64,000 bases of DNA from Bergeyella sp. (GCA_049841315.1 JASGDB010000014.1:1697-65696), one strand, 5' to 3'; shown: positions 18,201 to 27,046, numbered from the stretch's first letter. Translations and numbers: made by a program. The notes: generated from the sequence alone by a model not told the origin.

Positions 18201-18320
18201 TACGAGTTGCGGGATTCGAGATGCGAGTTTATATTTGTTTATAAAATGACCATTCCACCCCGAATCTCGTATCTCGTACCCCGAATCTCGTAACCCGCAC
18301 CCCGTATCTCGTATCTCGAA
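18201..18320. repeat. Three tandem 21-bp units (CCCCGWATCTCGTA-core) plus an upstream inverted partial copy
   Basis: The units are 18258-18278 ccccgaatctcgtatctcgta, 18279-18299 ccccgaatctcgtaacccgca and 18300-18320 ccccgtatctcgtatctcgaa. An inverted relative, tacgagttgcgggattcgagatgcgag, lies at 18201-18227. The array ends 5 nt before the ATG at 18326. Confidence 0.8.
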
Positions 18321-18325
18321 TAAAA

Positions 18326-19282
18326 ATGAAAATCCTACAGCTCGATAAAAATCATCCGTTAATTTCAGAACAGCTTACTGCCAACGGCTTTACTGTGGAT
18401 GAAGACCACACTTCCACTTACGACGAAGTTTTGCGGAAAATCGGTGATTATGACGGCATTGTCATCCGAAGCAGAATTCCTTTGGATAAAAATTTTCTGG
18501 AACAATCAGCTCATTTGAAATTCATTGCAAGAGTGGGCGCAGGAATGGAAAATATCGATTGTGAAACCTCAAAAAAACTCAACATCGAACTCATCAATTC
18601 TCCGGAAGGCAACCGTGATTCCGTGGCGGAACACGTTGTCGGAATGCTACTGATTCTGATGAACCGCCTGTTTATCGCCTCTCAGGAAGTGAAAAATGGT
18701 ATTTGGAAGCGAGAAGAAAATCGAGGCGACGAATTACTTGGGAAAACTTTCGGAATTATCGGTTACGGTAATATGGGAAAAGCTGTTGCCAAAAGACTTT
18801 CCGGTTTTGGATGCGAAGTGATTTTCCATGATATACTCCCTCATCTTTCGGATGAATATGCAAAACAGGTTTCTTTAGAAGAACTGAAAGAACATGCCGA
18901 CATCCTCAGCCTGCACATTCCGATTACACCTGAAACACATTATCTGATTGATGAAAAATTCATTTCAGAAATGAAGAAAGACTTTTATTTCATCAATACC
19001 GCAAGGGGGAAAAATGTAAAAACTAAAGATTTAGTCGATGCTTTGAAGTCCGGAAAAGTAAAAGGAGCCGGATTAGATGTTCTGGAATATGAGAAATCTT
19101 CTTTTGAAAATCTGGATGCTTCGACTTCGCTCAGCATGACAGAACGGGAAGATTTGGAATTCCTCCTCAGTTCCGAAAAAGTAATTGTTACTCCGCACAT
19201 CGGAGGCTGGACGATTCAGAGCAAGGAAAAGCTGGCGCAGTTTGTTGTGGATAAAATTTTACAGAAGTACATTGGTCAATAA
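18326..19282 (+). CDS. D-isomer-specific 2-hydroxyacid dehydrogenase (phosphoglycerate dehydrogenase-like)
   Basis: 318 aa. NAD-binding GIIGYGNMGKAVAKRL, and a catalytic region with ...NTARG... and TPHIGGWT. Confidence 0.8.
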   Translation: MKILQLDKNHPLISEQLTANGFTVDEDHTSTYDEVLRKIGDYDGIVIRSRIPLDKNFLEQSAHLKFIARVGAGMENIDCETSKKLNIELINSPEGNRDSVAEHVVGMLLILMNRLFIASQEVKNGIWKREENRGDELLGKTFGIIGYGNMGKAVAKRLSGFGCEVIFHDILPHLSDEYAKQVSLEELKEHADILSLHIPITPETHYLIDEKFISEMKKDFYFINTARGKNVKTKDLVDALKSGKVKGAGLDVLEYEKSSFENLDASTSLSMTEREDLEFLLSSEKVIVTPHIGGWTIQSKEKLAQFVVDKILQKYIGQ

Positions 19283-19437
19283 AAATTTCAGCAAAACAAT
19301 CGTCTTTCTGTTGATTGCAGAGGTCTTCGTATAATTCAAAAGCAATCATTCTTTTCCGATAATCGGCTTTGGAAAAATTAGAAGCCTGAGCTGTTTATCA
19401 ACAAAGAACGCAAACAGATTTGTGGATGAAAAAATTC

Positions 19438-19489
19438 CAAAATTTCCTTACCTTTATTCCGCCAAACGAATAGCAAAAATGCGTCAAAA
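19438..19489 (+). repeat. Direct repeat copy 1: displaced copy of the leader plus start codon of the methylmalonyl-CoA mutase gene
   Basis: caaaatttccttacctttattccgccaaacgaatagcaaaaatgcgtcaaaa matches 20179-20230 at 47 of 52 positions (my count). It includes an ATG (19479) that opens only a 19-codon dead ORF (MRQNFEAFF...). Confidence 0.85.
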
Positions 19490-19522
19490 TTTTGAAGCGT
19501 TTTTTTTGTTGCAAACTTTTTA

Positions 19523-19530
19523 TATATTTG
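19523..19530 (+). promoter_or_regulatory. Putative -7 promoter box (TATATTTG) for the PIN toxin-antitoxin operon
   Basis: It is a perfect TAnnTTTG, 20 nt upstream of the ATG at 19551. A TTG lies further upstream (19506-19511). Confidence 0.4.
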
Positions 19531-19550
19531 TGTTATAAAATTTCGGAAAA

Positions 19551-19766
19551 ATGCCAACTACATTAAACGATTCCCAATTAGAAGTCCTGAAAGTGCTGAC
19601 ACACTTGAAAGACGAGAGCGATGTGGCAGAAATAAAATCCCTGCTTTTGGCATATCTTTCGGAGAAAGTGGTAAAGATTGCCGATTCGGTTTCCGACGAA
19701 AAACAATACACGCAAGCCGTTTTTGAAAAATGGAAACAAGGGCATTTCCGCAAAACCGCAAAATAA
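19551..19766 (+). CDS. Putative antitoxin of PIN-family toxin
   Basis: 71 aa, immediately abutting the PIN gene (stop TAA 19764-66, next ATG 19767). It is a small, acidic, helical protein. Confidence 0.6.
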   Translation: MPTTLNDSQLEVLKVLTHLKDESDVAEIKSLLLAYLSEKVVKIADSVSDEKQYTQAVFEKWKQGHFRKTAK

Positions 19767-20177
19767 ATGACGGCGGTTTTAGATTGTAATATCTTGGTAA
19801 CTTGTCTTACCTCTCGTTCCCAGTTTCACATTATTTTTCAATCGCTGGTTTCGGAAAGATTTAATCTTGCCGTAACTTCCGAAATTCTTTTGGAATACGA
19901 AGAAATCATTACCGAAAAATACGGAAAATCTACCGCAAATGCTTTTATGGCACTACTTTCCGAACTTCCAAATGTTCAGTTTATCAATACTTATTATCAG
20001 TGGAATTTGATTTTCGCAGATGCAGACGACAACAAATATTGCGATTGCGCAATTGCATCTAATGCAGATTTCTTGGTAACGGAAGACAAACATTTCAAAA
20101 TTCTGAAAAATATTCCTTTTCCCTATCTCAGAATTTATACGACTGAAGAATTTGTAAAAATTTTGGAAAACAGATAA
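19767..20177 (+). CDS. PIN-domain toxin (putative toxin-antitoxin system toxin component, PIN family)
   Basis: 136 aa. It has an N-terminal acidic residue in AVLDCNILV, then SEILLEYEE, and the C-terminal motif DADDNKYCDCAIASNADFLVTEDKHF typical of this PIN subfamily. Confidence 0.8.
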   Translation: MTAVLDCNILVTCLTSRSQFHIIFQSLVSERFNLAVTSEILLEYEEIITEKYGKSTANAFMALLSELPNVQFINTYYQWNLIFADADDNKYCDCAIASNADFLVTEDKHFKILKNIPFPYLRIYTTEEFVKILENR

Positions 20178-20178
20178 T

Positions 20179-20230
20179 CAAAATTTCCTTACATTTATCC
20201 CGCCAAACAAAAAGCAAAAATGCGCCAAAA
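20179..20230 (+). repeat. Direct repeat copy 2: functional leader plus start codon of the methylmalonyl-CoA mutase gene
   Basis: It starts 2 nt after the PIN stop codon and contains the real ATG (20220). It is 47/52 identical to 19438-19489. Confidence 0.85.
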
Positions 20231-22337
20231 AATTACAACCCAAAACCCTGATTTTCAAAATTTTAAATTTGATACTCATTCGGAAAATTATTTTTTTGAA
20301 AAAGACGGTTTGCAACTGAAAACCAATTATTCCGAAACAGATGTTTCCGAAATTGCGAAAAATTCAGCGGCAGGAATTGCGCCGTTTTTGCGAGGACCTT
20401 ATTCCACAATGTATGTTCAGAAACCTTGGACAATCCGCCAATACGCAGGATTTTCCACAGCCGAAGAATCCAATGCGTTTTACCGCAGAAATCTTGCAGC
20501 CGGACAGAAAGGACTTTCCGTAGCGTTTGATTTGGCAACGCATCGCGGATATGATTCCAACCACCCTCGTGTTGTCGGCGATGTCGGAAAAGCGGGTGTA
20601 GCGATTGATTCTGTGGAAGATATGAAGATTTTGTTTGACCAAATTCCGCTTGATGAAATCTCGGTTTCTATGACGATGAACGGAGCGGTTTTGCCGATTT
20701 TGGCGTTTTATATCGTTGCTGCGGAAGAACAGGGCGTTTCGCAAAATCAACTTTCGGGAACGATTCAGAACGATATTCTGAAAGAATTTATGGTTCGGAA
20801 CACTTACATTTATCCGCCGAAACCGTCAATGAAAATCATCGCCGATATTTTTGAATACACTTCTAAAAATATCCCGAAATTCAATTCCATTTCCATTTCG
20901 GGTTATCATATGCAGGAAGCGGGAGCAACGCCCGTTTTGGAGATGGCTTACACCCTTGCAGACGGCTTGGAATATGTGCGGACAGGCATAAAAGCAGGAA
21001 TGAATATTGACGATTTCGCTCCGAGATTATCCTTTTTCTGGGCAATCGGAATGAATCATTTTATGGAAATTGCCAAAATGCGCGCGGCACGTTATATCTG
21101 GGCGAATCTTTTAACCCAATTCAATCCGCAGAATCCGAAATCATTGGCACTCAGAACACATTCGCAAACTTCGGGTTGGAGTTTGACCGAGCAGGAACCA
21201 TTTAACAATATCACAAGAACGGCGATTGAAGCCTTGTCTTCCGCTTTGGGTGGAACGCAGTCTTTGCACACGAACGCTTTGGACGAAGCAATTGCGCTTC
21301 CTACCGATTATTCGGCAAAAATTGCGAGAAATACGCAGATTATTTTGCAGCAGGAATCGGGAATTTGCGATGTGGTTGACCCGATGGGCGGAAGTTTTTT
21401 GGTGGAATCTCTCACGCAGCAAATGATTGACAAAGCAATGGAATACATTGACGAAGTAGAAAAAGAAGGCGGAATGACCAAAGCCATTGAAGCCGGAATC
21501 CCGAAAATGAGAATTGAAGAAGCGGCAGCGATTAAACAGGCGAAAATTGACAGCGGAGAAGAATTTATCATCGGTGTCAATTCCTTCAAATCAGAATTAA
21601 AACAGCCGGAAATCGAAATCCTCGCCATCGACAATACCGAAGTGAGAAGAAAACAAATCGAAAGGCTGGAAAAAATAAAATCCGAACGAAAGACCGAGGC
21701 GGTCAGCCAAATTTTAGATAAAATTAGAGAATGTGCTAAATCTGGAAACGGAAATCTTTTGGCATTGTGCATCGAAGCTGCTAGAAGACGTGTAACTCTG
21801 GGCGAAATGAGCGATGCGATGGAGGAAAGTTTCGGGCGGTACAGAGCCAATATTAAAACCATTTCAGGAGTTTACGCTATGAATGCAACGAAAAACGAAT
21901 ATTTTGAAAAAGCCGTGAATCTCGCCCAAAAATTTGAAGACGAAGAAGGAAGAAGACCGCGAATTATGGTCGCCAAAATGGGACAGGACGGTCACGACAG
22001 AGGTGCAAAAGTCGTGGCAACCGCTTTTGCCGATATGGGATTTGATGTGGACGTTGCGCCGCTGTTCCAAACGCCGGAAGAAGTCGCAAAACAAGCGGTG
22101 GAAAACGACATTCACGTTTTGGGTGTTTCTTCGCTTGCGGCGGGACACAACACGCTCGTTCCGCAAGTGGTGGAAGAACTGAAAAAACTCGGTGCAGACG
22201 ATATTGTTATTGTTGTCGGCGGCGTGATTCCTCAGCAGGATTATGATTTTCTTTTCCAAAACGGTGCGGATTTCATCTTCGGTCCCGGAACGAATCTGCC
22301 AAAATGTGCGGTGGAGGTTTTGGAGAAGCTACTGTAA
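20220..22337 (+). CDS. scpA: Methylmalonyl-CoA mutase (catalytic barrel fused to B12-binding domain)
   Basis: 705 aa. [56 protein letters not shown], and a C-terminal [23 protein letters not shown] (DxHxxG cobalamin-binding motif). Confidence 0.92.
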   Translation: MRQKITTQNPDFQNFKFDTHSENYFFEKDGLQLKTNYSETDVSEIAKNSAAGIAPFLRGPYSTMYVQKPWTIRQYAGFSTAEESNAFYRRNLAAGQKGLSVAFDLATHRGYDSNHPRVVGDVGKAGVAIDSVEDMKILFDQIPLDEISVSMTMNGAVLPILAFYIVAAEEQGVSQNQLSGTIQNDILKEFMVRNTYIYPPKPSMKIIADIFEYTSKNIPKFNSISISGYHMQEAGATPVLEMAYTLADGLEYVRTGIKAGMNIDDFAPRLSFFWAIGMNHFMEIAKMRAARYIWANLLTQFNPQNPKSLALRTHSQTSGWSLTEQEPFNNITRTAIEALSSALGGTQSLHTNALDEAIALPTDYSAKIARNTQIILQQESGICDVVDPMGGSFLVESLTQQMIDKAMEYIDEVEKEGGMTKAIEAGIPKMRIEEAAAIKQAKIDSGEEFIIGVNSFKSELKQPEIEILAIDNTEVRRKQIERLEKIKSERKTEAVSQILDKIRECAKSGNGNLLALCIEAARRRVTLGEMSDAMEESFGRYRANIKTISGVYAMNATKNEYFEKAVNLAQKFEDEEGRRPRIMVAKMGQDGHDRGAKVVATAFADMGFDVDVAPLFQTPEEVAKQAVENDIHVLGVSSLAAGHNTLVPQVVEELKKLGADDIVIVVGGVIPQQDYDFLFQNGADFIFGPGTNLPKCAVEVLEKLL

Positions 22338-22397
22338 TAAAAAGAGAGAACTTTATGTTTGTGATTCACCTGCTTAAATCCTTAAAATTTTTCTAAA

Positions 22398-22458
22398 TAC
22401 ACGACAAAAATTTATTAACCCCAAAAGGAATCTCCTGATTTTCAATTTTTGTCGTGTA
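22398..22458. repeat. Perfect 15-bp inverted repeat with a 31-nt spacer
   Basis: tacacgacaaaaatt (22398-22412) pairs with aatttttgtcgtgta (22444-22458). It lies downstream of the mutase gene and upstream of the lipoprotein gene. Confidence 0.6.
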
Positions 22459-22601
22459 CTAATTCAATAAAATTTTTTACAAGATAAATATTGCCGGTAT
22501 TAAAGACAAATATGTACGGATTATTGATAATATCAATATTCGGCACCCTTGTTTTAGTGCCAAATCTTAGTTTTGTTGGACTAATTTAAAAAAATAAAAA
22601 T

Positions 22602-23369
22602 ATGAAACCAATGAAACATTTATGGATAGCGGCAATTGTATTGCTGCTGACCTTTGCTTTTTCCTGCAACTCTTCTTCTGATGATGATTCTGAAACTCAG
22701 CTGCCCGCTTTGAGGGAATCAAGCAGTGGAGACCTTATTGAAATTACCAATACCACAGCCGTTTTCAAAAGCACTATCAGCAGTGATGGAGGCAGCCCGA
22801 TAACACAAAGAGGAGTGGTTTGGAACACTGCTGAAAACCCGACTACGGCAAACAATAAAACCACAGACGGAAGCGGAACAGGCAATTTTACCAGCAATAT
22901 TACCGGGCTGATTCCAAATACAAAGTATTATTTGCGTGCTTATGCTATCAACTCAAACGGAATTACATACGGAAACCAGTTGAACTTTAACACGACAAGC
23001 GTGCCAAAAAAATTTGATATAACGCTGGAAGCAGTGCATACAGACACCATTGATACGCCTGGCTATCAAACTTGTGTGATATTTGGTGTTGCAAAAATCC
23101 CGACAGAATCTAATGCTAAATCATACTCTGTTAAAGCTATGAACACCGGCATCAGCTTTATAGACGGCAAGATTTGGAATTTTGATGCAGATGACCCGAA
23201 TCCCCCGGGAAAATTTATCGGTTATGGGCTTCCGCGCGGGAAATTAAGCAACAGTATATATCCTATGGCAATTACTACATTGAGAAGCGGCTCAGGACCT
23301 ATATCTTCTGAACCACACGACCCAACTATCCCATTAGCAGGGAAGGTGGAAGTTACGATAAATTATTAA
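22602..23369 (+). CDS. Hypothetical lipoprotein with FN3/Ig-like N-terminal module
   Basis: 255 aa. The signal plus lipobox is LLLTFAFSC/NSSSDDD. The segment ITQRGVVWNTAENPTTANNKTTDGSGTGNFTSNITGLIPNTKYYLRAYAINSNGITYG looks like a surface-repeat module. Confidence 0.55.
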   Translation: MKPMKHLWIAAIVLLLTFAFSCNSSSDDDSETQLPALRESSSGDLIEITNTTAVFKSTISSDGGSPITQRGVVWNTAENPTTANNKTTDGSGTGNFTSNITGLIPNTKYYLRAYAINSNGITYGNQLNFNTTSVPKKFDITLEAVHTDTIDTPGYQTCVIFGVAKIPTESNAKSYSVKAMNTGISFIDGKIWNFDADDPNPPGKFIGYGLPRGKLSNSIYPMAITTLRSGSGPISSEPHDPTIPLAGKVEVTINY

Positions 23370-23421
23370 AAAGTTTTAGAGCCTGTGATAAGTTTGCAAA
23401 TAAATACCCGATAGCTTTAAA

Positions 23422-24552
23422 CTATCGGGTGTTTTGTGTAAAATTCCTTTTGTATTCTAAGGGTGTTATTCCTGTAAATTTCTTAAAGGCGTTGTTAAAA
23501 GTCGTTTTGGAGTTGAAGCCTGCCTCCAAACCAATAGCAACCAATGTATAATTTTGAAAATCAGGATTTTCAAGATAACTTTTAGCTTCTTCTACCCGAA
23601 GTTCATTTACATAATCTGAAAAATTTTTCCCCAATTCGGCATTGATAATCCTGGACAAATGGCTTTTGCTGATGTTTATTTTTTCCGCAACTAATTCCAA
23701 AGACAAATTGCTGTCAAGATAATTTTTGTCCTGTTTGATGAATTTTTCAAACACTGCGATATTTTTATTTTGAGTATAATCAATTTCAATTTCGGGATTA
23801 CTTTTCGAAAATTCCCGTATTTTTTTCTGCTCCTCAAAAACCCCGAAATGATAAAGTCCAACGTGTCCCAAAATATAAATGGTAAGCGACAAACCTACCC
23901 ATAAAGCATAGAAAAGCACAAGAGAAGTATCTAACTTATATTGAAATTCGTAATAAAGAGGAACAACCCAGTAAACACAAAGACAGAAAAGTATGATAGT
24001 GATGATTTTCAGCCATTTCAACTGCGGTTTGGGAAATCCGGTTTTGCCCGTAAAAGGCTTTCCGTCTGCTTTTAAAATCAGCCGGTAAGAGGCAAAAATT
24101 AAAATAAATGAATAGAAAACATTGAATGTTTCCATACCAATGCGGAAATTATTAAAATAAACTACGTGAGAATTATTAAACCAACCAACAGCAAAACCTA
24201 TTTTCTCAAAAACAGACTCAGTAAAAGCATTAAAAAAGGGTATAAACAAAAGATAATCGGATTTTGACACTTTTCTGTTCTGATTGAGAAATGATTTGAC
24301 ATAAAGGTAAAACAAAACCAAAAACACCGATGAAAACGGAATGTAAAAAATCTGAAAATAACTATAATTCGTCAATATGCCGGAAGCAAACAGATAATTC
24401 TGAATAATATTGTAGGAGAATGTAAGTATGAGCATTCCCAAAAAGAAGTTGCTTGAACTCTTATACTTTTTGGAAAAGAAAGCAAAACCAGAGAAAAAAA
24501 CTCCCTGAACCGCTCCGAGAAGCATAATGATTTGTATTACGGATATTGCCAT
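23422..24552 (-). CDS. Membrane-anchored AraC-family transcriptional regulator
   Basis: 376 aa. About 7 N-terminal TM helices, then a C-terminal AraC HTH (SKSHLSRIINAELGKNFSDYVNELRVEEAKSYL...GFNSKTTFNNAFKKFTGITPLEYKR). Confidence 0.8.
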   Translation of the reverse strand: MAISVIQIIMLLGAVQGVFFSGFAFFSKKYKSSSNFFLGMLILTFSYNIIQNYLFASGILTNYSYFQIFYIPFSSVFLVLFYLYVKSFLNQNRKVSKSDYLLFIPFFNAFTESVFEKIGFAVGWFNNSHVVYFNNFRIGMETFNVFYSFILIFASYRLILKADGKPFTGKTGFPKPQLKWLKIITIILFCLCVYWVVPLYYEFQYKLDTSLVLFYALWVGLSLTIYILGHVGLYHFGVFEEQKKIREFSKSNPEIEIDYTQNKNIAVFEKFIKQDKNYLDSNLSLELVAEKINISKSHLSRIINAELGKNFSDYVNELRVEEAKSYLENPDFQNYTLVAIGLEAGFNSKTTFNNAFKKFTGITPLEYKRNFTQNTR

Positions 24553-24646
24553 AAAAGCAAATTTTATAAACTCATAAATTCAATCGGTAAAAATAATAAG
24601 TTTCCGCATAAAAACAATCAAATAGAGTGAAACTCACAAAACCACA

Positions 24647-24671
24647 AAAAGGTTTCTTTTTTTCGTATATT
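24647..24671 (+). repeat. Direct repeat copy 1: displaced copy of the leader of the dipeptide-epimerase gene
   Basis: aaaaggtttctttttttcgtatatt is identical to 26023-26046 except for one extra T in the homopolymer run. An ATGAA follows 4 nt later (24676), as in the functional copy, but it opens only MNIRN-stop. Confidence 0.7.
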
Positions 24672-24703
24672 AGAAATGAATATTCGCAATTAGGAAGCGG
24701 TTT

Positions 24704-24770
24704 GTTTGTCATTCCGCAGGAATCTAAATTGCCGAAAATAAAATTGTTAAGATTCCTACGGAAAGACAAA
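24704..24770. repeat. Inverted pair of TGTCATTCCG...AGGAATCT-type palindromic repeats
   Basis: tttgtcattccgcaggaatct (24704-24724) pairs with agattcctacggaaagacaaa (24750-24770). They belong to the same family as the copy inside the ABC exporter gene at 62863-62890. This explains the spurious track ORF 24572..24769. Confidence 0.75.
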
Positions 24771-24816
24771 GTGACTGTTGAATTTTAACGCTATGATTAA
24801 AAACAAGCATTCAAAA

Positions 24817-24875
24817 AATATAATATTTTAGGGTTGTAATCACAAAATATTATAATATTTTGGGGCTGTAATCTC
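24817..24875 (+). repeat. Tandem ~28-bp duplication (TAATATTTT-GGGNTGTAATC) just upstream of the DUF4143-type ATPase gene
   Basis: Unit 1 is 24817-24843 aatataatattttagggttgtaatcac. Unit 2 is 24845-24875 aaatattataatattttggggctgtaatctc. It could be an operator or promoter-associated duplication. Confidence 0.6.
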
Positions 24876-24882
24876 AATTTAT

Positions 24883-24890
24883 TATATTTG
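24883..24890 (+). promoter_or_regulatory. Putative -7 promoter box (TATATTTG) 4 nt before the ATPase start codon
   Basis: It is a perfect TAnnTTTG ending at 24890, and the GTG start is at 24895. This implies a leaderless or near-leaderless transcript. Confidence 0.4.
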
Positions 24891-24894
24891 CAAT

Positions 24895-26007
24895 GTGATA
24901 AAGCGGGAACTCAATAGCAATATTCAGCAGGATTGGGACAATCGGAAAGCGATTGTAATTATCGGAGCAAGACAGGTGGGAAAAACTACGCTGATTTCCA
25001 ATCTCGTGGAAAACAAAAACACATTGTTTCTGAGCGGAGACAATCCGCAAACCCGATTGAATTTCGCCAATGCCGATTTTAATTTTCTTAAAAACACCGT
25101 AGAAAATCACGATGTCATCGTGATTGACGAAGCACAGCGTATTGAAAATATCGGGATAAGCGTAAAAATGCTTATTGATGCCAAATTAGATAAACAATTT
25201 ATCCTTACAGGTTCGAGTTCATTGGAATTGGGCGACACGCTGAACGAACCATTGACAGGCAGAAAATGGGTACATCTTATGTTTCCTTTGAGTTGGAAAG
25301 AAGTTCGGGAGCATTACGGATTTGCAGAAGCGACCAGTCGGCTGGAAGAGTTTCTACTGTACGGAATGTATCCCGAAGTGGTTACAGAAAGCCGAAAACA
25401 GAAAATTTTACTGCAACTTTCGGGGAGTTATCTTTATAAAGATATTCTGGAACTCGTCAATATCAAAAAGCCCGATTTGCTTCTGAAATTGCTGAATGCT
25501 TTGGCATTGCAAGTAGGGAACGAGGTTTCGTATAACGAACTTTCAAAGATTCTGGCGGTGGACAGAATGACGGTTGTCAATTATATCGACCTGCTGGAAA
25601 AAGCGTTTGTCATCTTCCGGCTCTATCCGTTTTCGACCAATCAGCGAAACGAAATCACTTCAAAACCAAAGATTTATTTTTATGACAACGGAATCCGAAA
25701 CGCCGTTATCGGACAGTTTAATCCACTGAAAAACCGACAGGATACAGGTGCTTTGTTTGAAAATTTCATCATCAGCGAAAAGATAAAACGCCTTTCCTAC
25801 GACGGTTTTTACGGAAAAACTCATTTTTGGAGAAATACGCAGAAAGCGGAAATCGACTTTTTGGAAATCATCGAAGACGAAATTTCGGTCTATGAAATAA
25901 AATACAGCCCGAAAAAGAAAGTGATTTTTACCAAATCCTTTACCGAAAAATACAATCCCGTGAAGCAGACGGTTATCAATAAAGATAATTTCTGGGAGTA
26001 TTTGTAA
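24895..26007 (+). CDS. AAA+ ATPase with C-terminal DUF4143-type domain
   Basis: 370 aa, GTG start. Walker A is IIGARQVGKTTL and Walker B is VIVIDEAQ. The C-terminal half (YFYDNGIRNAVIG...FENFIISE...WRNTQKAEIDFL) has the pattern seen in AAA_14/DUF4143 proteins. Confidence 0.8.
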   Translation: MIKRELNSNIQQDWDNRKAIVIIGARQVGKTTLISNLVENKNTLFLSGDNPQTRLNFANADFNFLKNTVENHDVIVIDEAQRIENIGISVKMLIDAKLDKQFILTGSSSLELGDTLNEPLTGRKWVHLMFPLSWKEVREHYGFAEATSRLEEFLLYGMYPEVVTESRKQKILLQLSGSYLYKDILELVNIKKPDLLLKLLNALALQVGNEVSYNELSKILAVDRMTVVNYIDLLEKAFVIFRLYPFSTNQRNEITSKPKIYFYDNGIRNAVIGQFNPLKNRQDTGALFENFIISEKIKRLSYDGFYGKTHFWRNTQKAEIDFLEIIEDEISVYEIKYSPKKKVIFTKSFTEKYNPVKQTVINKDNFWEYL

Positions 26008-26022
26008 GTGAACATTACCCCG

Positions 26023-26046
26023 AAAAGGTTTCTTTTTTCGTATATT
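26023..26046 (+). repeat. Direct repeat copy 2: functional leader of the dipeptide-epimerase gene
   Basis: aaaaggtttcttttttcgtatatt begins 16 nt after the ATPase stop codon and ends 6 nt before the epimerase ATG (26053). Confidence 0.7.
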
Positions 26047-26052
26047 TATTTT

Positions 26053-27045
26053 ATGAAACTAAATTTTACATTAAAAGAACTCCGCCTCAGAGAAACTTTT
26101 TCCATTGCCTACGGAAATTACGACCAGCGAAATTCTCTTTTGGTTTCGCTTTCGTATCTTGATAAAACGGGATTCGGGGAATGTGTGGAAATCAATTATT
26201 ATGGAATCAATTTGCAGGATTTTGTTTTAAAATTAAAAGAAATTCAGTCTGAAATTGAAAATCATTCCATTGTTTCTCCGCAGGATTTTTTTTCTTTTTT
26301 AAATACTAAAAATCTCCACCCGTTTTTGCTTTCGGCGTTGGATTGTGCCTATTGGGATTTGTTCGGAAAACTGGAAAATAAAAATTTTGCAGAACTCAAT
26401 CATTTGCAAACGAAAAATTTAGTTGAAAGTTCGTTCACGATTTCTATCGCTGATGTTGATGAACAAATCCGAAAAATGGAACAAAGCAGTTGGAACAAAT
26501 TCAAAGTAAAATGCAACGGTTTTAATAAAGAAAATTTCCGGAAATTAATCCAAACCGAAATTCCGGTTTCTTTGGATGCTAATGCGAGTTTTACAGAAGA
26601 AGACTGCGTTTGGATTCAGGAAAATGTGCAGTCGAAAAATATTCTCTACTTTGAACAGCCTTTGGAAATCGGGAATTATCAGGTTTTAAATAAAAATGGT
26701 TTTGCCAATTTTATGGCAGATGAAGATTTGCAGGATATTTCGTATTTGGAAAAATTACAACCTCATTATCAAAGCATTAACATCAAATTAATGAAATGCG
26801 GAGGACTCACTCCTGCGCTGGAACTCATTGCAAAAGCAAAGCAGATGAACTACAAAATTATGCTCGGCTGTATGACGGAATCTTCCGTAGGAATTTCCGC
26901 AGGCTGCGCATTGGCAGGTTTGCTGGATTTTGCAGATTTGGACGGAGCCAACCTCATTTCCAACGACTTTGCAAAAGGAAGTTTCGTAGAAAACGGAAAA
27001 ATCATCCTCTCCGAAAAAGCAGGTTTGGGGATTTCTTTGGTTTAA
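26053..27045 (+). CDS. Dipeptide epimerase (enolase superfamily, L-Ala-D/L-Glu epimerase-like)
   Basis: The track ORF starts at GTG 26008. I prefer the ATG at 26053 (MKLNFTLKELRLRETFSIAYGNYD...). The fold is enolase-superfamily, with metal ligands in LDANASF / FEQP / ADEDL and KLMKCGG. Confidence 0.8.
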   Translation: MKLNFTLKELRLRETFSIAYGNYDQRNSLLVSLSYLDKTGFGECVEINYYGINLQDFVLKLKEIQSEIENHSIVSPQDFFSFLNTKNLHPFLLSALDCAYWDLFGKLENKNFAELNHLQTKNLVESSFTISIADVDEQIRKMEQSSWNKFKVKCNGFNKENFRKLIQTEIPVSLDANASFTEEDCVWIQENVQSKNILYFEQPLEIGNYQVLNKNGFANFMADEDLQDISYLEKLQPHYQSINIKLMKCGGLTPALELIAKAKQMNYKIMLGCMTESSVGISAGCALAGLLDFADLDGANLISNDFAKGSFVENGKIILSEKAGLGISLV

Positions 27046-27046
27046 A

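Noticed and set aside
18258-18320. Possible CRISPR-like array (three regularly spaced repeats)
   Set aside because: The 21-bp units are contiguous with no spacers and there are only three of them. They belong to a CGAGAT-type intergenic repeat family, and no cas genes are nearby.
21308-21862. 184-aa minus-strand ORF (and several 60-130-aa ORFs) antisense within the methylmalonyl-CoA mutase gene
   Set aside because: They are fully overlapped by a strongly supported 705-aa CDS and the translations are low-complexity. These are typical antisense shadow ORFs.
24572-24769. 65-aa minus-strand ORF downstream of the araC-like gene
   Set aside because: The sequence is made of the displaced epimerase leader and the TGTCATTCCG/AGGAATCT palindromic repeats (peptide ..SFRRNLNNF..LDSCGMT..). 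It is a read-through of repeat DNA, not a gene.
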